Part shown: in pieces, positions 46,461 through 55,317 of the stretch | Position numbering within the stretch: position 1 is the stretch's first letter | How the letters are laid out: the number at the start of each line of letters is the position of its first letter | IMG/VR virus record: IMGVR_UViG_3300023174_000037 | Length of the DNA stretch: 64,000 nucleotides | Strand: one strand, 5' to 3' | Source of the DNA: a virus | Lineage: Duplodnaviria; Caudoviricetes | Notes under the pieces: generated by a model | Seen by the model: the letters and a program-made list of their open reading frames with translations, nothing else | Told to the model about the DNA's origin: nothing | Database searches by the model: none | Made by a program: the position numbers and the translations under genes

Positions 46461-46500
46461 AATATGATTGTATGTTAATTTGATTTTCTGGTCAACCAAA

Positions 46501-46827
46501 TTAGTGGGTATTTAGAGCTGGCGCATATTCGCGGATCAGCTCGCGCTCACGTGCATGGGCGGGCTTGCGACCACGGACTTTTTCAACAAATTCAACGGTA
46601 TGCATCTCCGAGCCATACTCACGGATACTGTTGCACAAAGCCCACGATTTGTTTTCGGTTACTGCCCTGCGGATGTGCTTCTGAAATCTGACTTTTAAGG
46701 CACGATTTACACTTCCCGAGCATACGGTAATACCAATGTAGTAATCGCCTGTAACCAAGTTGGTTATACTGTAAACAGCATGATTGCTGTCTTGACGGCG
46801 TTTTCTTGATTGCTTTTTAACTTCCAT
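46501..46827 (-). CDS. GIY-YIG-family endonuclease-like protein
   Basis: AVYSITN.VTGDYYIGIT, RFQKH, AHARERELI, LN. Confidence 0.75.
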   Translation of the reverse strand: MEVKKQSRKRRQDSNHAVYSITNLVTGDYYIGITVCSGSVNRALKVRFQKHIRRAVTENKSWALCNSIREYGSEMHTVEFVEKVRGRKPAHARERELIREYAPALNTH

Positions 46828-46833
46828 ACAAGT

Positions 46834-46862
46834 ATTATAGCAAATTGGGAATTTCGGGTCAA
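46834..46862 (-). promoter_or_regulatory. sigma70-type promoter, leaderless into 46827 (truncated cassette variant)
   Basis: TTGACC-N17-TATAAT-ACTTGT-ATG. Confidence 0.75.
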
Positions 46863-46900
46863 CCGAATTGTCGCCGCTAAGTTAGTGGGCACTGACCCAC

Positions 46901-46928
46901 AAAAAACCCTACAAAAAGTAGGGTTTTT
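46901..46928. terminator. Bidirectional-type intrinsic terminator downstream of ahpD
   Basis: AAAAAACCCTAC-AAAAA-GTAGGGTTTTT. Confidence 0.75.
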
Positions 46929-46949
46929 ATGTTGTTTTTCAGCAACAGA

Positions 46950-47456
46950 TCAGCTGTTTAGCACTTTGGCCACTGAATTCATTACCGAAGCAATGCGCCC
47001 AATGTCACGAAGTTGTTCCACTGTGTAGCCTTCTTGCTTTAATGTTTCGTAATGTGCCTTAACACAGAAGTGACACTTGCCAACAATACTAGCGGCCAAC
47101 GAGAATGCTTCAAAGTTGCTCTTGGTAGTTCCACCGTGTGACGCAATAGCGTTCATGCGTAACTGTGCTGGCAGGCCTTTTAATGCAGGATCATCAGCCA
47201 TTTCAACGTAGGGGTACCATACATTGTTCTGTGCCATGATGCTGGCCGCTGTCATAGCCGATTCAGCATGTACCGGTGCATCTGCTAAAATTACCGATAA
47301 GATTTTGCCGTTGCCGGTTGCGGCCAAGGCGGCCACAGCACACCCTATAGCCACATCGGCATCCAGTGTGCTACGAAGCAATACTGCGTCCAGATTTAAT
47401 TTTGTATCTTTGGCGTAATCTGGTAAAGCGCCTTTTACTGATTCAATAAAATTCAT
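46950..47456 (-). CDS. ahpD: Alkyl hydroperoxide reductase AhpD
   Basis: LPDYAKD.KLNL, MAQNNVWY, SIVGKCHFCVKAH (CxxC); start ATG 47456. Confidence 0.9.
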   Translation of the reverse strand: MNFIESVKGALPDYAKDTKLNLDAVLLRSTLDADVAIGCAVAALAATGNGKILSVILADAPVHAESAMTAASIMAQNNVWYPYVEMADDPALKGLPAQLRMNAIASHGGTTKSNFEAFSLAASIVGKCHFCVKAHYETLKQEGYTVEQLRDIGRIASVMNSVAKVLNS

Positions 47457-48088
47457 TCTTTTCTTTCTCCAATTGTGTAAAACCAATCATCGCCTGCGGT
47501 CCACTTGCGTGTGCCATCTACTGTGAATATGGTCCGGGCCGCTTGGAAGTCTGGGAATTTGGTCACACCTGAGATCAAACTTTGATCGTACCATAGGCAA
47601 CGATTATTGGGCTGACAAGCAAACTGCCCATTTTCCAATCTAATAAAGTTAAACGATTTATGTTCTTCTGCTACCTCAGTAAACCCTGTGTCCACATCCA
47701 TACCATCGGCACAAAAATCCACAGTGAACAAATAAGTCCCGTGGTGCCATTCCTTGTCTTTGCCTAGAAACTTGACACCTAGATTACGTAGACCTATTTT
47801 TTCGACGATAGTAAAACGATAACCCATGCAGTCCCAAAGCTGTAGTGTATCTATGGGCAAATTACCTGTGTAATCCTCTTGCCATACATAAGCATGGATG
47901 GGCAATTTGTCATACAGTGCTCCGTAGTTGGGCAACAGACTTTCAATACGAAACACCTGTCCACGCAGGGCTTTGAGACTGACCCAAATAGCAGGTTCTA
48001 GTTCTCCGTGACCTTTTTCAAAGTTATAGAGAAATTCTCGTTTTACCCAACACTTGACAGGTGGTAATGATCCTACTATGTAACTCAT
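47453..48088 (-). CDS. Conserved phage hypothetical protein
   Basis: LPPVKCWVKREFLY...GALYDKLPIHA...LQLWDC...QPNNR. Confidence 0.65.
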   Translation of the reverse strand: MSYIVGSLPPVKCWVKREFLYNFEKGHGELEPAIWVSLKALRGQVFRIESLLPNYGALYDKLPIHAYVWQEDYTGNLPIDTLQLWDCMGYRFTIVEKIGLRNLGVKFLGKDKEWHHGTYLFTVDFCADGMDVDTGFTEVAEEHKSFNFIRLENGQFACQPNNRCLWYDQSLISGVTKFPDFQAARTIFTVDGTRKWTAGDDWFYTIGERKE

Positions 48089-48285
48089 TTTCTTCCCCAT
48101 TCAATATGGGCCCAGAGACGATCATACAAATAGTAGGATGTCATCCAGACACAGTTTATCACAATGGTCGGAACAAGAGCTTCTGAAAAACTTTGGCCCG
48201 TGATCAACAGCATCACATAGGTACTGAGTATGACCCAGCACCGATAGATCAAAGTTTTAACAAGAGTTCTTGTTCTAGTTTCCAT
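48085..48285 (-). CDS. DUF2061-like small membrane protein (second copy)
   Basis: RTLVKTLIYR...YYLYDRLW. Confidence 0.65.
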   Translation of the reverse strand: METRTRTLVKTLIYRCWVILSTYVMLLITGQSFSEALVPTIVINCVWMTSYYLYDRLWAHIEWGRK

Positions 48286-48286
48286 G

Positions 48287-48937
48287 TTAATATTTTCCTG
48301 ATGCTAACACAATTTGACAAATATGTTCTAATCGTTCAATGTGTTCGAAAGCCCTCCATGGGCTTGTGTCAATAGCAACAACACCATGTCCTTTAATGCC
48401 TACAATGTCATAAGCAATATTGCCACGGTCATCTAATCCCAACCGATAATGACACTGGTCAGCAAGCTCTTGACTGATAGGAGGCACATCTCCTACGTTG
48501 GGTGCTACTCGAGTATAACGATTCAGTTCTGGAAATGCTGCACTGACTGTGCTTAGATCGATACCGGCATGCATGGCCGCAATACAGTAAGTAGGATGTA
48601 GATGAACTACTACCCTAACTTCATTACTGTGTTGTCCCATTTCTTTCTGTAATCCAAAATGTAGCGGTATCTCGCCACTGGGCTTTAGATTTGCACTGAT
48701 ATCAGTATAGTATTCTTCTTCCCAGGATTTTGTTAAAAATGGAGGAGCAGGATTGATATGATCAATCAGTTTAATTTTCTTAAACTGATCAGGTTGCAAG
48801 GTTTGCTTACGGACACCACTGGGTGTGATATAAAAGTGGTCTCGGTCGTGATGACGAATGCTTACATTGCCATCACGACTGGTAATCCAGTTGCGTTTAT
48901 ATGCTTCAACCAATGTGTCGCATATGGTTTCTAACAT
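48287..48937 (-). CDS. Class II aldolase/adducin-family protein
   Basis: DGNVSIR, ITPSG, PSGEIPLH, VVHLHP, IKGHGVV. Confidence 0.85.
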   Translation of the reverse strand: MLETICDTLVEAYKRNWITSRDGNVSIRHHDRDHFYITPSGVRKQTLQPDQFKKIKLIDHINPAPPFLTKSWEEEYYTDISANLKPSGEIPLHFGLQKEMGQHSNEVRVVVHLHPTYCIAAMHAGIDLSTVSAAFPELNRYTRVAPNVGDVPPISQELADQCHYRLGLDDRGNIAYDIVGIKGHGVVAIDTSPWRAFEHIERLEHICQIVLASGKY

Positions 48938-49470
48938 TACAGTGTCTCTCCGCCTACAGTACGGTTACATGCACATAGTTCACCAGTTTGTAACGCATCT
49001 AATACACGAAGTGTTTCTTCTGGGCTACGCCCCACGTTCAAGTTGTTGACAGTAACGTGTTGGATAACATTGTCCGGGTCAACGATGAATGTGGCGCGAA
49101 GTGCGGCACCTGCTGGACTGTAGAATACTCCTAGTTCCTGTGCAAGGCTATGGATTCCACGTTGTGTGTCAGCAAACTGAATGTGTTTGATCTTGCCTAA
49201 GTCTTCGTGACTACGTTGCCATGCTAGTTTGCAGAACTCGTTGTCTGTTGAACCGGTTAGTAAAACAGCATCACGATCAGCAAAGTCTTGGAAAAACTTG
49301 TCGTAGGCTACAATTTCTGTAGGACATACAAATGTAAAGTCCTTTGGATAAAAAACAATCACTTTCCACTTGCCAGCAAAACTCTCATCTGTGATTGTAA
49401 AGAAATCATCTTTACCTGGGTTCACACCTGTTACTGCAAAAATTCCTAATTTATCTCCAACTGTTTTCAT
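48937..49470 (-). CDS. ahpC: Peroxiredoxin AhpC
   Basis: FYPKDFTFVCPTEI, RATFIVDP, VGRSPEETLRVLDALQTGELC. Confidence 0.95.
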   Translation of the reverse strand: MKTVGDKLGIFAVTGVNPGKDDFFTITDESFAGKWKVIVFYPKDFTFVCPTEIVAYDKFFQDFADRDAVLLTGSTDNEFCKLAWQRSHEDLGKIKHIQFADTQRGIHSLAQELGVFYSPAGAALRATFIVDPDNVIQHVTVNNLNVGRSPEETLRVLDALQTGELCACNRTVGGETL

Positions 49471-49622
49471 AATATCTCCTTGTGTGTGTTTGAAAACTAA
49501 CTTCTCAGTGTTTTCACTGATATGTTATTATAATAGTATTTAACTGGCAAAGCAACCAATTCAATAGATTTTGTCAATAATTATTTCTATTATGCTTATT
49601 GATTATTTTAATAATGTTTTGA

Positions 49623-50858
49623 TTATTTTTTCTGAAAAATGTAAATACCTTCTGATTTATAAGCCTTTTCAAGTTTACCGTTTCCGACTCCAGGACGAAC
49701 ATTTAAGATCATGTCTACAGTTTCCACGTGTCGAAATCCCAAAGATTCAGCTAATGCAATCCAGCGGTCAACAATTTTAAACTCTTGCTTGCCGTTTTTG
49801 TAGTCAGCAATATTAACAGCATACAGGCTGTCTGGGGCCAAAGCCTTATGTGTCATAGCAACGGTCTTGGCCACGTAGCCATCAAACCATTCGTCTAGTG
49901 TAGCATAACGATTCATACACTGAGTAGGTTCGTCAGTGTAGGTTTCTAAATTAAAATAAGGCGGGCTAGAAAATGCCGCATCATAAAATCCAGGTTCGGG
50001 TTCAAATTCTTCACTGGGCACACAATGCATTTGATATCCAGCACCGTGACCTTGTTCGTCCAACAATGCACCCAGAGCTTCAAGTCCTTGAAAGGTTCTG
50101 GTATTGGGATCCAGGCCCGTGTAGTGATAACGTAGATTGCTGGTCATAGCGCCAAACATACGTCCGCCATAGCCCGAACTAAAGTCTAGCAAGTTGCCAC
50201 GAAACACCGGACAGATATGTTCCCATACAGCACGGGCATTCATAGGTTTGAAGTTTTGTATGGTTCCGCCGTTGACCAACTCCAATGCTCTGCGTATGTT
50301 TTTAGGTATAGCTGTGTCTGCTCCTTCATCTCGATGCACATAGGCCAACTTGATAGCACGTTTGAGTTTGTTGTCGTGATTGAAGCGGGCACGGATACTA
50401 ACAGTCGCATTGTCATTCCATTTAGCGTCTTGCATATTGGGAAACCAAAAACGACCAAAGGCTAGACCTTCGTTATTGCCCACACCAAGTTGACTGTTCC
50501 GTACCGATTTAGTTTTTGTTGCCAATTCGTTGACCTGGGCCCGACAGCCATCCAAACTGTAATAAGTGATAGGAACTATGCCTACTAATCGATAGATATC
50601 AAATACTTCTTGCTGTATAGCTTCTTTGCCAGCCTCATCGGCCCGAGTCCATACTTCCTTGCCTAGCTCACGCAGTCTAGGCATAACTGATTCATAGCCG
50701 GTACAGACATCAGCGGTAGGGGTATATCCCCACTCTTGGCATAGTTGTTGGTAGTATTGATCAATCAAACTGTCTTGGTCCACTGTCCTGCTCATATGGA
50801 AGTTGAATGCCTCGATACTCTGTTTCATATTTACGATGTGTAATTGCTTCGGCCGCAA
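49623..50858 (-). CDS. DNA amino-methyltransferase (N4-C/N6-A type); true start probably 50828 or 50795
   Basis: LLDFSSGYGGR (SAM-binding), TGLDPN, FSSPPYFNLETY (motif IV). Confidence 0.8.
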   Translation of the reverse strand: MRPKQLHIVNMKQSIEAFNFHMSRTVDQDSLIDQYYQQLCQEWGYTPTADVCTGYESVMPRLRELGKEVWTRADEAGKEAIQQEVFDIYRLVGIVPITYYSLDGCRAQVNELATKTKSVRNSQLGVGNNEGLAFGRFWFPNMQDAKWNDNATVSIRARFNHDNKLKRAIKLAYVHRDEGADTAIPKNIRRALELVNGGTIQNFKPMNARAVWEHICPVFRGNLLDFSSGYGGRMFGAMTSNLRYHYTGLDPNTRTFQGLEALGALLDEQGHGAGYQMHCVPSEEFEPEPGFYDAAFSSPPYFNLETYTDEPTQCMNRYATLDEWFDGYVAKTVAMTHKALAPDSLYAVNIADYKNGKQEFKIVDRWIALAESLGFRHVETVDMILNVRPGVGNGKLEKAYKSEGIYIFQKK

Positions 50859-51405
50859 TCAAATCTTTAATTCTAAAACGTCCTTGAACCCTGCGTTGTG
50901 TTTTGCTGTCAATTTTGGCATCAATTTGACACAGTCCTTGTCCATATGTGTTGTAAATATCCTTGCGTTTTTGCTTCCAAAGTTTTTTATGTGCGGCTTG
51001 GCCAGCAGGACCGTGAGGAATACTCTTAACATATTCGACAAATTCTTCCACTGTTTCTTTGTCAACTTTAGCCCATATTAAGTTGTAATGATCTGGTGTA
51101 ATGTCAAATTCGTAGATGCAGTTGTAGCGTTTGACTGTGGGCGATATCTGTTGCCATACACCAACCACCATGGTGAATTCCGTGTCCTTGCAATGGTCAA
51201 TAAATCTAAGGATGTGGGCACAGCCGATGTCTCGACCCTTGCTGACCTTGATGCTGTAGTTGACATCACTTTCAACACCTTTGACCACATCCATTGTGGC
51301 AAAGTAAGCGTGAGGTAGTTTGGGTTGGTAGTTGGCTTTGGAGAACCCAGTAATGGCCTTAACAACACTGTCTTCAAACAAAACACCATGATTTTGAACT
51401 TCCAC
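50761..51405 (-). CDS. Putative PD-(D/E)xK restriction-endonuclease-like protein
   Basis: HGVLFE...MD...YSIK pattern; overlaps the MTase start; SD AAGGA. Confidence 0.45.
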   Translation of the reverse strand: MEVQNHGVLFEDSVVKAITGFSKANYQPKLPHAYFATMDVVKGVESDVNYSIKVSKGRDIGCAHILRFIDHCKDTEFTMVVGVWQQISPTVKRYNCIYEFDITPDHYNLIWAKVDKETVEEFVEYVKSIPHGPAGQAAHKKLWKQKRKDIYNTYGQGLCQIDAKIDSKTQRRVQGRFRIKDLIAAEAITHRKYETEYRGIQLPYEQDSGPRQFD

Positions 51406-51426
51406 GTGGTTCCTTTACAATACAGT

Positions 51427-51456
51427 ATTATAACAATTTAGAACCACAGAAGTCAA
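51427..51456 (-). promoter_or_regulatory. sigma70-type promoter for the nuclease/MTase pair
   Basis: TTGACT-N18-TATAAT. Confidence 0.65.
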
Positions 51457-51458
51457 CA

Positions 51459-52028
51459 TTATTTTACACCAAACAAGTCAAAATGATCTTGTAAGGTCCA
51501 AGTGCCAAGATTGTCAATTGACTTGCCGTTGTAGGTTTCAATTTCAATATTGGGTGCAGCTATCTGATAGCGTTTGAAGTAGATCCAGCCATCTGGAGTG
51601 CTGTCATGCAAACTGTTATCACGTAAGGCTTGATCCACAGTTTTGCTTACACGACAAGTGGGCACATTTAATGCTTGGTTGATTGAAAGTTCGCCGGCAA
51701 TCAATTTATCTCGTATGGTTGATGCCGGAATCACATGCTCAAATATACAATCTTTAGCTTTTAAACTAACTCCCTTTTGATGGTAGTGTGATTTAATTTT
51801 GCCTTGAATAGCATATCCGTGATAACGTCGAACCCAATGATCAATACTGTCCCTTAGCAATCTTGCTCGCATGTCATCTTCGACTATGGTAGTTCTGTAT
51901 AGATCAAGTAATCTTTCAAGTTCCTCAGTTGTGGTTGTCAATGCCAAATCGTATGCTTTATCGTTGCGTTTAACATTGACGTATTTCTTTCCACGCATGT
52001 TCTGCATGTTTTCTTGTAGGGTTGGCAT
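51459..52028 (-). CDS. Hypothetical protein with EHVIP motif (HNH/DUF1524-like?)
   Basis: CIFEHVIPAS..RD. Confidence 0.5.
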   Translation of the reverse strand: MPTLQENMQNMRGKKYVNVKRNDKAYDLALTTTTEELERLLDLYRTTIVEDDMRARLLRDSIDHWVRRYHGYAIQGKIKSHYHQKGVSLKAKDCIFEHVIPASTIRDKLIAGELSINQALNVPTCRVSKTVDQALRDNSLHDSTPDGWIYFKRYQIAAPNIEIETYNGKSIDNLGTWTLQDHFDLFGVK

Positions 52029-52029
52029 A

Positions 52030-53232
52030 TTAGTATAAGTCCTTCTTGGCAGGAATAAACGGAGTGCTAGAATTAAGACTTGGAATACGGCCGTTCCAGG
52101 TTTTGGTCAACTGATGCCACAAAAATGTGCCGCCTGTGTTCCAATTCTTAGCCATCTTGACATGCTTGGGTTGATGCTGTGCCGGCATACCTGCATAGTA
52201 TTTCTTGTGCCAATTTTCATAAGCTGTGCGAACTTTGATCCAGTAAGGACTTGATTCGTGAAAGTCTGCATCAAATAACTCTTGCAAATGATCACCAAGA
52301 CCAACTACTTCATCATCAGTGTAGTCAATGCCATCTTCCTTGGCCATGTTAAACCAAGCACACATGATCTCAATCTCTTGAGAAATAATAGGACGTGGAG
52401 TAGGAATGGTTGTGGTGTAAAGACAGAACTTGCGAATAATGTCGCTGGTATATTTGTCAATCTCTGCCATACGACTGATAGCGCCAGGCATGTGAGTATC
52501 ACCAAATTTCTCTGCTGTGACAAATAGTCCAGACTGCTCCAAATACTGTTGCTTGAGTTCCGCTTCAACCCATTCAGCTTTGGTGTTGCCGTCTAAGCGC
52601 ACACCCAATACCATCTGACGGAATAGGTCAATTGAGTCAAGGCGCAACTTGCCAATATCGCTGTTGCCGTTGACAAAGTTTTCACGGATTTCAGAACGAT
52701 TTTTAACTTTGTATTCGATACTAGGAACTTCAACCTTGCGTGGGTCTTGTCCGAAGATCATCACTGCAATGATCCAATACACAATTGCTGTATGTTGGGC
52801 GTCCCAACTTGCAAACAATTTAGTGCCTACTGGATAGAGCTTGGCCAAGTCTCCGCCGGCTGTGACTTCATACAGCTTGATTGGGTCAGCTTGGGGTTCA
52901 CGGAAGTTTCTCAGGATCTCAATGACCCAAGTTAGGTTAAGAATTCGTTGAATTGTGATGTCGATTAAAATATCCGACATAGGTGTAAGACCTGCTTTAC
53001 ATAACTGTAGGTCTTCAAAGCATTTAATAAGTGGATGATTTTTTTGGAATGCCGCAATGGCATTCTTGAGTTGACTACGAACTCCGGAGGCCTTCATGGG
53101 CTGAAGTGCGGCTATTGTGTCATTGAATCGTTGTTTTAGATCAACGTATTTAGAACCAGTATGATTATACTGTGCGTTCTGCTGTGCCGCATAACTCTGC
53201 GGAATAGCCGGACTAATAAAATTGGTTGCCAT
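52030..53232 (-). CDS. ParB/Sulfiredoxin-fold-like protein
   Basis: ITIQR..., WDAQHT resemble the QR / DGQ(H/Q)(T/R) motifs of ParB/DUF262 domains. Confidence 0.5.
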   Translation of the reverse strand: MATNFISPAIPQSYAAQQNAQYNHTGSKYVDLKQRFNDTIAALQPMKASGVRSQLKNAIAAFQKNHPLIKCFEDLQLCKAGLTPMSDILIDITIQRILNLTWVIEILRNFREPQADPIKLYEVTAGGDLAKLYPVGTKLFASWDAQHTAIVYWIIAVMIFGQDPRKVEVPSIEYKVKNRSEIRENFVNGNSDIGKLRLDSIDLFRQMVLGVRLDGNTKAEWVEAELKQQYLEQSGLFVTAEKFGDTHMPGAISRMAEIDKYTSDIIRKFCLYTTTIPTPRPIISQEIEIMCAWFNMAKEDGIDYTDDEVVGLGDHLQELFDADFHESSPYWIKVRTAYENWHKKYYAGMPAQHQPKHVKMAKNWNTGGTFLWHQLTKTWNGRIPSLNSSTPFIPAKKDLY

Positions 53233-53317
53233 TTTTAATACCTTTCAAATTGTGCTTTCCTCCAGCGTAGCCTGTGGCATGTCCATTGGAAATTGATTAA
53301 ATTTTTACTGCAACGCT

Positions 53318-53346
53318 AGTATAACATCATTTAGCTGTGATGTCAA
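53318..53346 (-). promoter_or_regulatory. sigma70-type promoter
   Basis: TTGACA-N17-TATACT. Confidence 0.65.
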
Positions 53347-53354
53347 CCTGTAAG

Positions 53355-53546
53355 TTAGTGACTACTAACTCTAGATTCGTTTACCAATGGTTGAAATCGT
53401 TGGGTAAATGCATCCAACAGGCATGAGTATTTTTGCCCTGTCTTTGCATCGTGATAGTAGACCCATAGTTCTCGATCGACCTGCTTGACTTCTTCTACTA
53501 CAAATACCTTACCATCGGGTGATGTGAATCGTGTTGCCATTGTCAT
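53355..53546 (-). CDS. Small hypothetical protein
   Basis: 63-aa ORF. Confidence 0.55.
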   Translation of the reverse strand: MTMATRFTSPDGKVFVVEEVKQVDRELWVYYHDAKTGQKYSCLLDAFTQRFQPLVNESRVSSH

Positions 53547-53547
53547 A

Positions 53548-53904
53548 TTATTGTGCCTTTGCTAATCGTTGTGCTCTGTGTGCTTCCCAACTTGCATCCA
53601 AGTCGACATTTCTTCTAAAAACGTTATTGTAAATACGGTCATCAATACCATACAACCCACCTTCAAGTTGCTTTTCAATAAATTCATAGTCTACAATCCA
53701 GCGGGGTATAAGTGACATTTGGGCATCGCCGTCGTGCAGGACTGGTAACTGCCGCCATTGAAGTAACAATTGATCTACAACTTGACTCCAGTAACCTATA
53801 CCCCAGGAAGAAGTAGAATTTTTTAATGACTGCCTGGCTGCATCTAATCGTTTACCTAATACTTCGGCTTCGTCACCTAAGAATCTATAATTTTTTAAAG
53901 ACAT
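53548..53904 (-). CDS. Hypothetical protein
   Basis: Start ATG 53904 after SD GGAGG. Confidence 0.55.
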   Translation of the reverse strand: MSLKNYRFLGDEAEVLGKRLDAARQSLKNSTSSWGIGYWSQVVDQLLLQWRQLPVLHDGDAQMSLIPRWIVDYEFIEKQLEGGLYGIDDRIYNNVFRRNVDLDASWEAHRAQRLAKAQ

Positions 53905-53905
53905 G

Positions 53906-54655
53906 TTACACCTCCTTAAGTCCTGTTGTAGTAATGGTAGCCAGCTTTTCATTAGGAGCAACCAGCATATTTTGATAATCTACTAGATAAAAAGAATAAT
54001 CATCAAGATCAGCTAGAGCCGCTTTGATTGATTCTGCTCCAGTAATAAAGTATTCAACCCAGATCCATGGACGATGTTTCTTTATAGTTGCAAGAGCTCC
54101 TGTGAGTGCCGGAACTTCGTACCCTTCTACATCTAATTTAAAGAAATCTAATCTAGGTAATGCCATAGCATCAATGCTAGTAACATCTACCACACGATCA
54201 TTCATCCAGCCATCTTCTTCCACAGTAGTGTCATCGGATAATGCGACTGTTCCAAAGTCCTGAACTTCACTGTAATCCACCGCAGGCAATTGTGCTATAC
54301 CAGGCTCAGCACTAAGTCCACAGTTATGTAGATACACATGGTTGTACCCGTTAAGTGCTAAACTACCACCCAGTGCTTGGAACAATTGTCGCTGTGGTTC
54401 AAATGCAATGATTCTAGTGCCACGTCCTTGTGTTCTATGTGCTACTGGCACAGTAAAAAACCCAATATTGGCACCGCCATCCACAATCACAGCATTCGTA
54501 GGTAAGTTATCAACTATGGCAAAAATATTGTTTAGTTCCGTTTCAATGTGAGTGCGACCTGTCTTGACCAAGGCCTCGGCTTGAAACAAGCAGGCTCTTG
54601 CCACAATAAACCGGCCATACACGCTGTCTAGGACTAAGAAATTATCTACCGCCAC
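53906..54655 (-). CDS. FkbM-family SAM methyltransferase
   Basis: VDGGANIG, AFEPQ, FFKLDVEGYE. Confidence 0.85.
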   Translation of the reverse strand: MAVDNFLVLDSVYGRFIVARACLFQAEALVKTGRTHIETELNNIFAIVDNLPTNAVIVDGGANIGFFTVPVAHRTQGRGTRIIAFEPQRQLFQALGGSLALNGYNHVYLHNCGLSAEPGIAQLPAVDYSEVQDFGTVALSDDTTVEEDGWMNDRVVDVTSIDAMALPRLDFFKLDVEGYEVPALTGALATIKKHRPWIWVEYFITGAESIKAALADLDDYSFYLVDYQNMLVAPNEKLATITTTGLKEV

Positions 54656-54656
54656 A

Positions 54657-54923
54657 TCAACTCCATTTCATTGTAAATGCTAGGCAATCACGTTCGCTAT
54701 CAAAATAAAAAACGTAACGTCCGGGACGATCATCGCTGCTTACTTCTATCAACTGCCATCGCCATTCTTCTACTAGTTCTTCTTTACACCAATCCAATAC
54801 TGACTCAAGCACACCAAACGGTTTGGCTATTTCTTGTGCATAATCGAAACTATCTCTATCCCGGGCAAATACCATGGGACTTTTTAACAAAGGCTCAGGT
54901 TGAAGTTCTTTACGCAGGCTCAT
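54657..54923 (-). CDS. Small hypothetical protein (F..D..AF.MKWS family)
   Basis: C-terminal FYFDSERDCLAFTMKWS. Confidence 0.6.
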   Translation of the reverse strand: MSLRKELQPEPLLKSPMVFARDRDSFDYAQEIAKPFGVLESVLDWCKEELVEEWRWQLIEVSSDDRPGRYVFYFDSERDCLAFTMKWS

Positions 54924-55317
54924 TTAGGGATTCAGTTAATAACGTTTGTGGTAGTTGCCAAAATGCATAACTTTCTGCAATATCCGACACATAGCCCTGG
55001 CTTGGTCGGCCTGATTTAGGCGTGGTCATTTCATAAAAGAAAAATTGAACATCATCCTGTATCCAAGTTCTTTTAGTATAGTAACTAGGAAAACCTTCAA
55101 AAGCATCCAAACTTTGTTCACAATCAGGAGTAATTTCCCATAGCACACCTGCAACTTGGGCACCGCGCCTGGGTTCGATTGTGGCATGGCTGTAAAACTT
55201 TAATTCCCAATCACGCAAAATAAATGCTTGACTAGCCAGGGCCTTGGGGCAACGCCATGACATGGCTTCGGGGTGCATGTTGGCCCCATAAGCAAAATAC
55301 AAATTCTTTTCTAACAT
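54910..55317 (-). CDS. Gamma-glutamylcyclotransferase (AIG2-like) protein
   Basis: YFAYGANM, VAGVLWEI, LDAFEGFP..Y. Confidence 0.85.
   Translation of the reverse strand: MLEKNLYFAYGANMHPEAMSWRCPKALASQAFILRDWELKFYSHATIEPRRGAQVAGVLWEITPDCEQSLDAFEGFPSYYTKRTWIQDDVQFFFYEMTTPKSGRPSQGYVSDIAESYAFWQLPQTLLTESLNEPA

Noticed and set aside
46501-46827. GIY-YIG gene as an intron-encoded homing endonuclease
   Set aside because: It is free-standing with its own promoter, no interrupted host gene or group I intron core is visible, and it is short, lacking a DNA-binding tail.
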